DNA of 64,000 nucleotides from Fimicolochytrium jonesii (Eukaryota). Every line of letters starts with the position of its first letter. The stretch's first letter is position 1. This document shows positions 36,099 to 47,244 of the stretch, piece after piece. Below the pieces are notes generated by a model. The model was not told the origin of the DNA. It did no database searches and saw only the letters and a program-made list of their open reading frames with translations. The position numbers and the translations under genes were made by a program. The stretch lies in NCBI RefSeq assembly GCF_025526975.1, contig NW_026515681.1, positions 248,001-312,000 on the forward strand. The letters are read 5' to 3'.

Positions 36099-38028
36099 AT
36101 GCGGTACCACACCGACAGGGCAACGCGTCCCCTCCTCGTCGCCCTCTTCACCTTGCTTCACTTCACCCTCGTCACCGCCCAACCCGCTCCCTCCGACACC
36201 CCCTCCCCAACCCCTTCAACCGTCCCCATCCGCCTCCCACCCATCCGCGGCGGCCCAGGCGGCGTCGTCATCGGCCTCCCCGCCGCCATCGAGCATCGCC
36301 GCAACAACATCGATGCTCGCGAAGACAACCCGTCGCCCCCCATCGCGGCTCCCGTGGCAGCCCAGACAACAAAACCAACAAACAACTTCCTCCCGATCCG
36401 CATCGGCCCGATTAGTATCCCTGTCATCACTATCGGCGGGATCGGGGTCGTACCACGAGACGCGAAACCTGACCCCAACCCAGGACAAAACCGGAGAGAG
36501 AACTTTCGTCCGCGTCGAAGGCTGCAGGCGCGGAAGGACCCTGTTGACGACTTTGAGGTGGAGGTTGAGGAGGATGATGTGAGGCTGCCGGGAGTGCAGC
36601 CGCATACGGGTATGGATGATGCGCCGGTGGGTGGACGTGTAAAGGGCCCGAAGAAGGCTGGAGTGCCTCCGCCTGCGAAACTTGATGATGGTCCGGGACT
36701 AGGAAATGTCCCTGGTAAGAAACATCATGGGAAAGTCATCGGCGATGACGACAACGAAATCAAGGTTGATGATGATAAGCCCATCAATGCACCTAGGCCC
36801 GTTGAGGCACCACTCGTCGACGATAAACCCATTGAAGACACAGATCATAGCCAGCGACTTGATGACGATACCGATGAACCCAACGACAACATCAAATCCG
36901 ATGACGACCGCATAAACGACGTCGTTGAAAGCCCAGCAGCGCCTTCACCCGCACCTCCCACTTTGCCCGACCCGTCCACAATCCCAACCGCGGCGCAAGC
37001 CACCGCTCCTCCCGTCCTCAACATCCCAGCCGTAGCACCAATTAATCTCGACATCAACGTCGAAGCTCCGTCAGTCGACCCGCTCACCGCTGCAGTCGCA
37101 TCGCCTTCACCATCAGCAGCCACCGCCGCAGTCGATGACGTAACGCTGGACTCGGACACGGATCTAAACTCGGACTACGAACCGCCCTTCCCCTCCCTAG
37201 AGCCCTGGCCGTCTCCGGAAGCGGAACCGACCACCGAACGCACGCTGGATTACCTCCTTACGCGTACGGCACCGGCACCCGCGGCGCAGTTTACGGTTGA
37301 TGTTGTGGAGCAGAAGCACGAGGAGGTGGTGGATGTGCTGCCGACGGGTGTCGTCGCTGCGGTTCAGGCGACGCAGGCTGCGGATGAGACGATTGAGGAC
37401 GAGGAAGAGAACGCGGCACCGACGGCCTCACCAGCCTCGGACCTAAAATCCACAATCCCCACCCGACTCCCCATCGCCTCACCCTCCGCGTCGCCAGCAG
37501 CCCTCCCAGCCTTCCTTGGTGCGCAAGAAGACAAGATCCTCATCGCCGCAGACGACGGCGCAACCACGGCCCCGGGGGCAGGCATAACACCCGACGAAAG
37601 GACAACAACTCACGTATCGCAACTCATCGGGTTCGTCGTCTGCGCCGTCATCGTAGCTGGCGTCAGCGTGTTTGTTGTTAGGTGGTGGAGACTGAGGGTA
37701 CGTACTGTGCTGTGTCTCAATCCCCCCCCCTCCCTCCCTCCCTTCTTCCCATCATTCGTTCAATCCGTCTGTCAAAGACCCCCCACTAACCTGCACCCCC
37801 ATCTGTCTCCACACCCCACAGTCCGCCCGCCGCTTCCGCCGCCTTCCCACAACCACCCTCCCGCACCCTTACGCCCCAACCTCCACCGACACCTCAACGC
37901 CCACGACCTCATTCCACACGCCCAGCGACCCTTGGTCTCGCGACCCGTGGGCTCAGCCGCCCCCGATGATGAGGCCGGTAGAGCCGAGTGAGTGGGATCA
38001 TGCGGAGATTAGCGTGCCGAGACGATGA
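36099..38028 (+). CDS. Secreted/type I membrane protein with acidic, Pro/Ala/Thr-rich ectodomain; 2 exons (intron about 37698-37821)
   Basis: Signal peptide (LLVALFTLLHFTLVTA|Q), low-complexity ectodomain, TM LIGFVVCAVIVAGVSVFVV followed by RWWRLR, and a short cytoplasmic tail in exon 2. Confidence 0.75.
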
Positions 38029-39543
38029 GGAGCCGACATGGGGGCATTATTGGGGGGGGGGGGATGTGCATATGAGGCCGACCCCTTTTTGCGTGTATAT
38101 TTGTGGCTGTTGTTTGTCTTTGTGCATAGTGTACTTTTCTGTGTTTTGGCGGACGGTTTTCTTTGTGTTTGTGTATTTGCTTTGCTTTTTCTTGATGTAG
38201 CATCTTTCCTCTGTGTTGTGCACATGCTCATGTACCGAAATGTTTATGGACTTTATACGATTCAAATATCTCCATTCCACTCGGGATGATTATCGCTGCC
38301 CTCAACCGTTGCATGTTCGCTCTGGAAAAACAAAACCTCGATGCGGCGTAGACGATGACCACGGGTGGCTGAACGGCTACTGGGTGGCTGTGCGAGTAGG
38401 GGCCTCATGTATCCGTTCGATAAGAGAGCGAACCGGAGCGTCGTGCGGGATGCGAGGGGAGGTGCATCAGGAACCGCCCTGCACATCCTGCACGAGTCTC
38501 CGGTTGCTCTCACATCGTCTTTGCAGATCCGGCCACGCTTTTCGGTTCTCTTGATTCGCGCACACACCAAGTTGAAGTCCCGCAGTCTGCATTTCTCTTC
38601 ATCTCCCCATCACCCCACCAGCCGACGTCTCCCCATTCGCAAGATGCCGCGGCAACCCATCAACCATCATCGCAAACGAGTTCCTATCCTGCATCCTCAA
38701 CAGCGCCGTGCCTCCTCCGCCACAGTGCCTGGCGTGGCTTTCCATGCAGACATGAATCTTTCCCTTGCCGTTGAGATCCACGGCGCAGACGTGATTATCA
38801 GTCTTCACGCGGGAAATATTACGATATGAGGAAGATCGGGAGCAGAATACGATGCTTTTGGCATGTCTTATTGCAAATTAGATTTCAGAATCCGATCACC
38901 CAACCTAGAACAGTTTCTGCGCATGAGCCCGGGGAATAACTTAAGGAACGCTTCTGCTGCATGGATATCAAGGGGTCGGGCTTTACTTGGGGCTGTCGCG
39001 TAAAGCTTCCGATGCTCGTACGTTCGCCTGTTGGAAAGAACCTGTGGGGACACAACCGATTTATCAAGCACATCCGGTTCGACGCTGCGCCTTCAACGTG
39101 GTTTTCGTCCCGAGAACTGGGGATAACAGCTCCTCCCTTCGGGCGTGACCAGAGAAGCATAGGTCATGCTTAAAGTTGTATAACTCACCCCAAGATAGGG
39201 TACCCTTTTGGGCTTTTGCAACGTTCACCCTTGCCCTCAGACAGGGTCTACCCGTTCCTCATTCAATGGCCATCGTCCACATGCGGGATTGCTTAGGTAA
39301 GCGAAACGCGAGCCCAAACTTTTGGCTTTTGGAAGGGCCGACGAAGAGGGACGTGCTGTCAATCTCAATGGCAGGAGAACAACGAATACCCTTCGTGCAA
39401 TACCGAACAATCTTTCGTCGAAAGACCACACGACAGCGGAAACCCGTTTTCATCAAATCGCATACCGACCCCCACCGGGAGCAAAAACGTCATTTCATCA
39501 GCTCGCATACCGAGCACCGATTTAGGAGCAGCATATAAGACTT

Positions 39544-41454
39544 ATGGCGGACACGGAGCCGGCGCCTCAGGCAGAGAATGAGCCCGGCCCCATCACCTTC
39601 TGGAGCGAAATCAGAAAAGGACGATGTCGTCTTGGGGTCCTGGTCGTCAGCTTCACGACCGCTCTTTGTGTGGGAGTGGCGTTCGCAGCATGGTGTCTGA
39701 CTTATAACGCAGCTTTGGTACGAGTGCCTCTGTCACTTTCCTGGAGCGGAAGGTTTTGAGGAGAGCGGTGGAGCGGTTTGCGCCAACGAGGCGCATATGA
39801 CAATAGTTTTGATTTTTCACTTGGCGGCTAACACGTATGTTTTTTTTTCTAGGATTCCTCGACGACTCTGTCCTCGGAATTGGAGAGCGGCCTTGCGCAA
39901 CGAGTCGTCAATTCCATCAACAACACGTACGATATTTCCGAACTGTATGTCCAGCAATGTCAGCGCACCTGGTCCTCAAAGACGTGGCGGAACGAGAACG
40001 TCGCAACTTACAGCCAACAGATGTTTTTCGCAGCCTACGCCATGCGCGATTATTTTTCGTCAGCCTACGTCACGCTTCTGCCAGAGGGACTGACGTGGGG
40101 CGGGCAAACAAACACTGGTGCCGAACCCGGAACTTATTCCTACACTGTTCTCGAGTCCGTTCCCTATACGGCAGTACCTGGCGCCGTGAACTTCACTTAT
40201 TACGCGGTTAACGAGGAAGGCGTGAAGACTGGAGAAGTAGTTCACAACACGCTTAACGGGAACTACAGTACGGCTAGCTGGGTCACGGTAGGTCTGATGG
40301 ACTGCACACCACCGCCCCCCAGAACTTTTGGGCAGGATGGACTCTTGTGGAGTAGCGATGAAGCCACAGGCGAATGCTGATAGCAGGCCCTTTTACAATG
40401 GAATCTGAACACCGCAGATTGTGGATTGGAACGATGCCAATGCCGCTTCGTGGACGCCTGTTTTTGTGTACAACAACGTCCCTGTCAGTACCTTTACACG
40501 GACGATCCGCACAAACGACAACCAATTGATAGGCACCCAGCACGTCGATATGTTTTTCGACTTTGTCGGAAGAACGCTGGCGAGTGAGAAAGCGGCCATC
40601 GAGTATCCATCGGATCTGTTCGCCTTCAAATCGGAAAACGACGTGGATTATTGTCTGGGGACCACCGAGGCGGGTGTGGAGATCTACTCGCGCGACCCCG
40701 CTGATCCTAATAGGGTCCTCGGTGTGCTTTCGGCTCAGGAGGTGGCGAAAACCAGTTTACTGCTACCGGCCGTCGTCGATTTGGTGATCAAACGGCAGGG
40801 CCATACGTCGCTTTACGCTTTCGCTTCGGGCGCTGCGAATCCGAAGACTCTCCCGGTCGAGACTGGGAAGGGTACTTACTACGTCCAGCTCCGGACGATC
40901 CAACGCCGCGGCGCTTCGTTGGTGTTCGTTGTTTTCCTGAGTAAACATGCGCTGCTGTCTGGCTTGCACATCAGCAACAGGAAGACACGGAATCGTCGTA
41001 GGACTCACCATCATGGCAATAGGGAGTGCCGTGGCGTTCTCATACATGATCTCCAGAGCGTTGTCGCGTTTGACTAGAGACATCGGCCTCTTGAGCAATT
41101 TCGACTTTCGAGCCGCACTTGGATCGGATGTGGAAGGTGGTAAACGGGCAGTGCGCACCAGCAGAATCAGCGAAATGTGAGTTTTGACTGTTCGTGCTCT
41201 CTCCTGATTCACTTCCACCACGCCGATCGTATGTGTTAGAACTCATGCAAAACCTCTCGCGCTGAACCGCATCTTCACCATGTTATTTGTTCAGCTCGGT
41301 CGTCGAGGCATCTTTCCGGAAAATGGTCTCGGCATTCGCCAGTGCGATGTCTTCGAACAACCAGATCACCGCCGCTGCCCGAAAAAGAGGTGTCAGCACG
41401 GTCGGTGCAGCAAATGCAGTCCTTCGTAGTAGTGATATGAAAGATTCCGAATGA
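39544..41454 (+). pseudogene. TM-Cache-like sensor-TM-HAMP-like receptor gene with a +1 frameshift near 40988 (pseudogene or assembly error); exons 39544-39717, 39853-40287, 40418-41176, 41295-41454
   Basis: TM1 (LGVLVVSFTTALCVGVAFAAWCLTY); Cache-like segments (NYSTASWV, WTPVFVY, LIGTQHVDMFFDFVGRTL); TM2 in the shifted frame (GIVVGLTIMAIGSAVAFSYMISRALSRL); HAMP-like SRISEISVVEASFRKMV. All splice sites are canonical. Confidence 0.7.
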
Positions 41455-42283
41455 CCGCCTTCTAAACTCGGTTTGTTTGCGCTCCAAGAGAAAAAAAGCA
41501 CTGGGAGTCCCCTTGCATAGGCTGGTATCTGGTGATATTTGTTCACGGATTTATAACTGCATTGTCCGCATCTGATCCAGCGGACTAGCTACCGGCTGGA
41601 TGAGGTCGGATGCTGACGGGCGTCGTCTTGCCACCATATAAAGAAGTAGTGACCTTCTGCCTTTTCCTGCGAGCGCCACCATTTGACTACTAGGCAATGG
41701 ACAATGGGAAAACACGCACGCGTCATTATGTAAGCCTTGACGCGTCGGATTTCCTCCTTTCCCTCCTTTCCTTCCCTCTTTCTTGCCTCCCCCTCTTGCG
41801 CGCGAGCATTGCGGGTTGCATGGGCAATACATCAGGTTTGGAATAAACACCTTGGCGTGTTGTAGTATGCTTGTCAAATCATCCTTCCCCTCAGGCTGTG
41901 ATATCATATGATGGCTGGCGTAAGTAAGCAAAACAGATTTAGCGATATGCATCGGTTTGGAGGCGGTGGGGGCCTATTGTAAAACGCAGATCTAGAAATT
42001 CACTCGAAACTCTTCGTTTGGAGCGAAAGAGGCCAAAGAGATCTGGCTGTTCAGTTCCAATAGTGATACAAATCTGTTTGCTTGTGATCTCTCGGTACCG
42101 GCCACCCTCGCCCTGTACATCCAGAACAGTGTTCCAGTCTTTATACACATTTTTCAAAGCTTTGCGAGCAGGCAACGGAAACCACAACACGAAAAAAGAG
42201 AGCCTCAAAAACGGGTCGTAGTCCATCAGACCGCTCAAACCACGGCCGAGACCACATCCGAGCAGCTAATCTCACGTACCAGC

Positions 42284-45144
42284 ATGTTCCCACTCTCACG
42301 CCGGCCACCACAGCGGCCCATCCTGCTCCTCACCATACTCTCCCTCCTCTCCCTCGTGCACCCGACCCTCTCCCAATCCACCATCTCTCTGACAACCCAG
42401 CCAGGCCTCACGACCCCGCTCGACGCGCAATACGTCGGCTTTTCAATCGAATGGACGCATATCGACGACGCCATCGGGCTGGGCTACGGTGCCAGTCAGG
42501 GCGATGATCCGAGGACGAGTGTTATTGTGACGGGGCTTATGGATCAGTTGGCGCAGAGTGTGGGCGGGTGGCCGCCGCATGTGAGGGTGGGGGGGAATAG
42601 CGCGACGAGATTGTAGGTTCTGGGATCGGGTTGGTGCAGGAGGGCGTGTGGGGTGTGCGATCTTTGGTCTGGCATATGGCCTTGTCGCTGATGCATGTAC
42701 TCATTGGACTGGTTCAGATGGTGGCAGGGCAGCACATTACCGCGCAACCCATGGAGTCTATGGGCAGTCAATGCGATGGAGCTGCAGATCTTGGAAAAGT
42801 TTTCGGTAAGCCCAAACGCACCAGACACACTACCGCATATGTGAAAGGGCAATGTGTGATCCGTCTCGCCGACTACCGCATTCTTCCCACGAACCATCTT
42901 ACTCATAAGCCTTTTTGTCACCATGTGGAAGGAAACGACGGGATGCAAATTAACCCTCACGATCCCGATGCTGAACCCGGACCCAGCTTGTGAGTACAAT
43001 CCATCCCCTGTCTCTATTTCACATCACGGGTCAAACCATGGCATCGCCTCCCGTTAATCTGTATGCTCAAACGTATGTCTCTAACTTCCGCCAGACGCCG
43101 TCGAGTTCCTCGTCAACGGCATCACCCGCCACATCTCCCAATCCAACATCTTCGCAATCGAGATCGGGAACGAGCCAGGTACCCCATCCACCCCCACCCC
43201 ACGCCTCCATTCCCCTCCCCCACTCATCCCCCACCCTCCGGGGCTCCGCCGTCACACCCCCCACAGACCACTACGCGAAAAACGTCCGCCGCCCCGCCTC
43301 GTACGCCTTCCCCGACTTCCTCGCCGAATACACATCCACACACGCGGCCATCGTCGCGGCCCTCGGCACCGCGTTTCATTTCGACTACCAGGGCCCGGCG
43401 TACGCGTATCAGTGGACGGAGCAGTTCTTGGCGCCGTTTATGGATGCGCAAAGGAGTACGACGCGGTTTATTTCGTAAGTTGGATGGGGTTGTGAATGTG
43501 AGGCGGGCATGATGGCCGGGAGTTTCTGGGGGGTGTCGGAAAGCGCAGGACATTTTGGGTGTCATCCACGCGTTGAATTTTCTGAACCCTGTCAAACAGG
43601 TTCCACAAATACGGCATGCGCGGCTGCTCCACTCTCACCAACCCCGACGCCGTGACGCCCGAGATCATGATGGAGGACCCGTCGCCGGACGAGTACGAGT
43701 GGTTCACTCCGCTCGGGAAGATCGCTATCGGTGAGGGGTTGCGAGAAAAACAGCTGGTGGGCCGTCCCCTCCTCGTCTTTCCCGCGTGGCTCACCCTCTC
43801 TCTTCATTTCGAACAGCCAACAACCAGACGCTGGTTTGGGGCGAGGGCGGCAGCTCGTCGTGTAACGGCACGCAGGGCTCGTCGGATGCGTACGTGAGCG
43901 CGCTGTGGACGGTGGATATGTTGTTCGAGGTAACGTTGTCAATCCGCCCTCTCTGAAGCCATGGGCCAGTGAACCCACCCAACACATCCAAATCCCCCAT
44001 CCCCGCTTCTAACATCCATCCCTCGCCCTGCCAGATGGCCTTCCGGGAAAGCAAACACGCCTCCATCTCCGGCGCCGGCCAGACCTGGTACGCCCCGTAC
44101 GGCATCGACGACACGGTGTCCCGGATCACCGTTCGGCCAACGTATTACGGCATGCTCTTCGTCAACCGCGTGCTCCGCGGGCCGGGCTCCCAAGTATTTC
44201 GCGCGCCGCTGGACGGCGGGTGGGCGATGTTGGGCAACGCGACCAAGACGTGGGGGGTGGCCAATTCCGTGACGGGGGAAGTGAGCGTTGTGATTGTGAG
44301 GAAGGATGCGGGACAGGTTGGGGGGGTGACGTACAGTGTGGGTGTGCCGGCCAGCGTCGGGGGGAATACGACAGGATGTGGGGGGAGTACGCAGAACGTG
44401 AAGGGGTTCGTGAGCAGGTTGGAGTGTCCCGGGTGTGGCGGGGCCGGTGGGAACGCGGCGATGTTACGCGCGACGATCGGGTTGCGGGTAAATGGACAGT
44501 CGTGGGATGGGACGCTGGACGGGACGCCTAGTGGGAATTACACGGAGGAGGTGGTGGAGGTTGTGAATGGGGCGGTGAGCGTGGTTGTGCAGCCGTTGAC
44601 GGCCGTTGTGGTGCGGTTGGGGTGTACGGCGGGATTGGTGGCGAGGCAGTACACGCCGCCGACGGTTGTGTTCAATGGGACGTTTGGGGATACCGGGAAC
44701 GGCACGGCGGGGAATGTGCCACCGACGTGGGGAGATGCGCCGGGCGGCCCGACTTCTGCGGACGGGTCACAGCAGCAGCTGGTGAAGCCGTGGTACACGC
44801 ACACGGGCACGATTATCACGATGGCGGTTGCGGGCGCGGTGGCGTGCGTCGGGGCCGGGCTGCTGGCGTTCACGATCATGCGGAACCGGCGTCGACGCAG
44901 GTGTGGCAGTCTGCCCCCGGCCAAACTGCGCGCGGCGAGGGCGTGGGCGAGTTTGAGTATGAGTAATGGGATCGCGGCGAAGGGGGCTCAGCAGCAGCAG
45001 CCGGATGCGCATGAGTTGACGATGATGGGGGTTGAGGATGAGGACGGTGTGGAAGACCAGGACGGGTTCTTGGCGCGATCGCATCCGCATCCGTTTGCGT
45101 CGAGGAACCCGTATTTGTATCGGCAGGGCGGGGAGATGGTGTGA
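42284..45144 (+). CDS. Glycoside hydrolase family 79 (beta-glucuronidase/heparanase-like), secreted with a C-terminal TM anchor; multi-exon
   Basis: Signal peptide, YVGFSIEW, HVRVGGNSA, acid/base motif AIEIGNEPD, nucleophile region LVWGEGGSSSCNG..SDAYVSALWTVDMLF, VRPTYYGMLF, and TM IITMAVAGAVACVGAGLLAFTIM-RNRRRRR. Confidence 0.85.
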
Positions 45145-45702
45145 TGCATCGACAGTGCCGCTATACGGCTTTTCTATGGGCTCGCACACCTCAAACACCA
45201 TAGCTGCTCAGAACGACGACGACTCTCTTTCACCATTCTCACAAGCCGTTCGGTGGGTCAATCGCTTCTCCTCCCGAGATATATCCCAGCTCGATAAAGA
45301 CCGTTTCCAAGTTTCCCCATCCCGTATCGAACGTGTCACATATAGGAGCGTTTCTCTCTGTACATGTCAGCATGTGAATATTAGTGTATGTAAATTACGT
45401 GAATCAGAACATATCTGTGTGTAAACGTCCAAAAAAAAACAACCACTCATCTATGAGAGACGCGAGTCTGATCCACACCAGAACGTTCCGCCACAATCGG
45501 AACGGACAATGAGGCCACGAACCAGCAACAAATGGTAGGTTGAGCATGGTGTGTAGTATGTATGTACAGTATCCACATATTTACAGTGTGTTTGTGTGAG
45601 GAAGCAGCTGCGGGCAAATGCCCAATGGATTGCGCCAGGAGGAGGGCAGCGTTGAAGACGCCCAAAGAAGGTCCGGGGTTTTCCGACGAGGGGAGGAAGG
45701 TC

Positions 45703-46893
45703 CTAAAACTTCTTTGCAATGACGATCACCAGGATGAGGATGCCGACTAGTATGCAGATCAGTGTGTTTCCTATGCCCCGCCGAAAAGTCAATTATCAGC
45801 GCTTTTGCAAGGTACCCCATTCCCCGCCTGCTCGCAACCGCACCCACCTTTCGAATTCCTCGACCCACTTAACAAAACCTGCTCCAACCGCCGCCCGGCA
45901 CCCTGCAACCTCCTATGTGTGTTATCCACCCTTGTCTCGGTCTCCTCCAATAAATCAACATGCAGATCCAGCTCGTCGTTGATCATGAGGCCGATCTGTT
46001 TTTGGCGACCGATGGTTTCGGCCAGTTCGTCGAGTTGGTTGTCTTGGTCTATTGAGCAGGAGGGTGAGCATGATGGGAGTGGGGTTGACAAGGAGTGGGG
46101 ACATGTAGACGCACCGTCCATTATCCGTTGATGTAGCTGTAAGGATGAGCCGGCGTCCATTTCTATCCCGTCGTTGGACTCGGTTCCGTCGAAGGGTTCG
46201 GTGAAGCGGACCGTTTTGCCTTTTGCGGAGTTGCCTGATGATGGGCGGGCCAGGAGCTCCTTTCTGCGAAGTGCGATGGGTGGTTCATGAGTGAGGGAGT
46301 CCAACCACCCTATGACGTTCGCCCGCGCCGGGAGACGCCCCTATTTTACACTTACTTGGCCAATAGATGTGCGCCGTCCTCACCCCGGGACATCACATCC
46401 AGCCGATCGTGCGTTTGACTGAGTTGCAGCACCGACTCTTCCCATCTGCGGAGCTCTGTCACATCTCTACAACAGGCGAATCAGCTATTGCCCTCGGCAA
46501 ACTCATCTATGCCGTCATGCGCAGAGTAGCAGTACCTCCCGCCTGCATCCTCCGCCTCGGACAAACTCTGCTCCAACCGCCCTATTCCATCCTTCATCGT
46601 CGCGAGGTGTCGTTTAATCTTCCCATCCTGCTCGGAAGTATCGAGCCCTGCCCGTGTTGCGTGTTTCTTTTCGAGTATCAGAGCTGATATATCTTCGCCG
46701 AGGAGGGTCAGTGTGAGTTGTTGTTTTTCCCTAGGGGGGCCAGATGGGGTGAGTGAATCCAGTCGATATGGTTTCCTTGTGACGGAGTAGACCGCTAGCT
46801 CCCTCCTCCTGGATACTACTATTCGGTAAGACATACATACCATGCCGGGTTGTTTTGTGGGCGACCTTTCTCCAGGTCGGTGTAGTTTGACAT
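45703..46893 (-). CDS. SYN8: Qc-SNARE, syntaxin-8/Syn8-like; multi-exon
   Basis: SNARE motif LQLHQRIMD|DQDNQLDELAETIGRQKQIGLMINDELDLHVDLLEE, C-terminal TM LICILVGILILVIVIA, and helical N-terminal exons. Confidence 0.85.
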
Positions 46894-47244
46894 TGTCTGG
46901 CGTGACCGTCTCTGTAGTGGCACTGGGGATGCGGAAACTGTCGGTCTCCGACCTCCGAAAGTGAAGTTGAGTAGCTGGGTGTTTGCCTGCGTAACTGAGC
47001 GAACTGAGGGAAGTGAGGGAATCGGTTTCTCCACGCGGGTTGTCCTCCCTCCCTCTCAGTGCGCACAGGCGAGACCCTCCTTCTGAGTCCCTTGAGCAGC
47101 CAGCAAGAGAGCACGCCCCCAGACAGCCGCCCGCCCGTACGAGGCAACCCCAGCCTTCTCCTCCTTCTCGCTCGCATAGGGACCCATAGAGCCCAGCTCC
47201 AGATCCAGCTCCCCGCCCGCAGATACCTCACCCGCCCGCAAAAA

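Noticed and set aside
38300..39500. Possible gene upstream of the Cache-HAMP receptor
   Set aside because: Only short, stop-interrupted ORFs in all frames, with no supportable model.
47059..47244. N-terminal extension of the PMR1 ORF from a GTG start
   Set aside because: In a eukaryote the first ATG in good context (AAAAATG, 47245) is the likely start. The upstream part is the compact SYN8/PMR1 divergent promoter and UTR.
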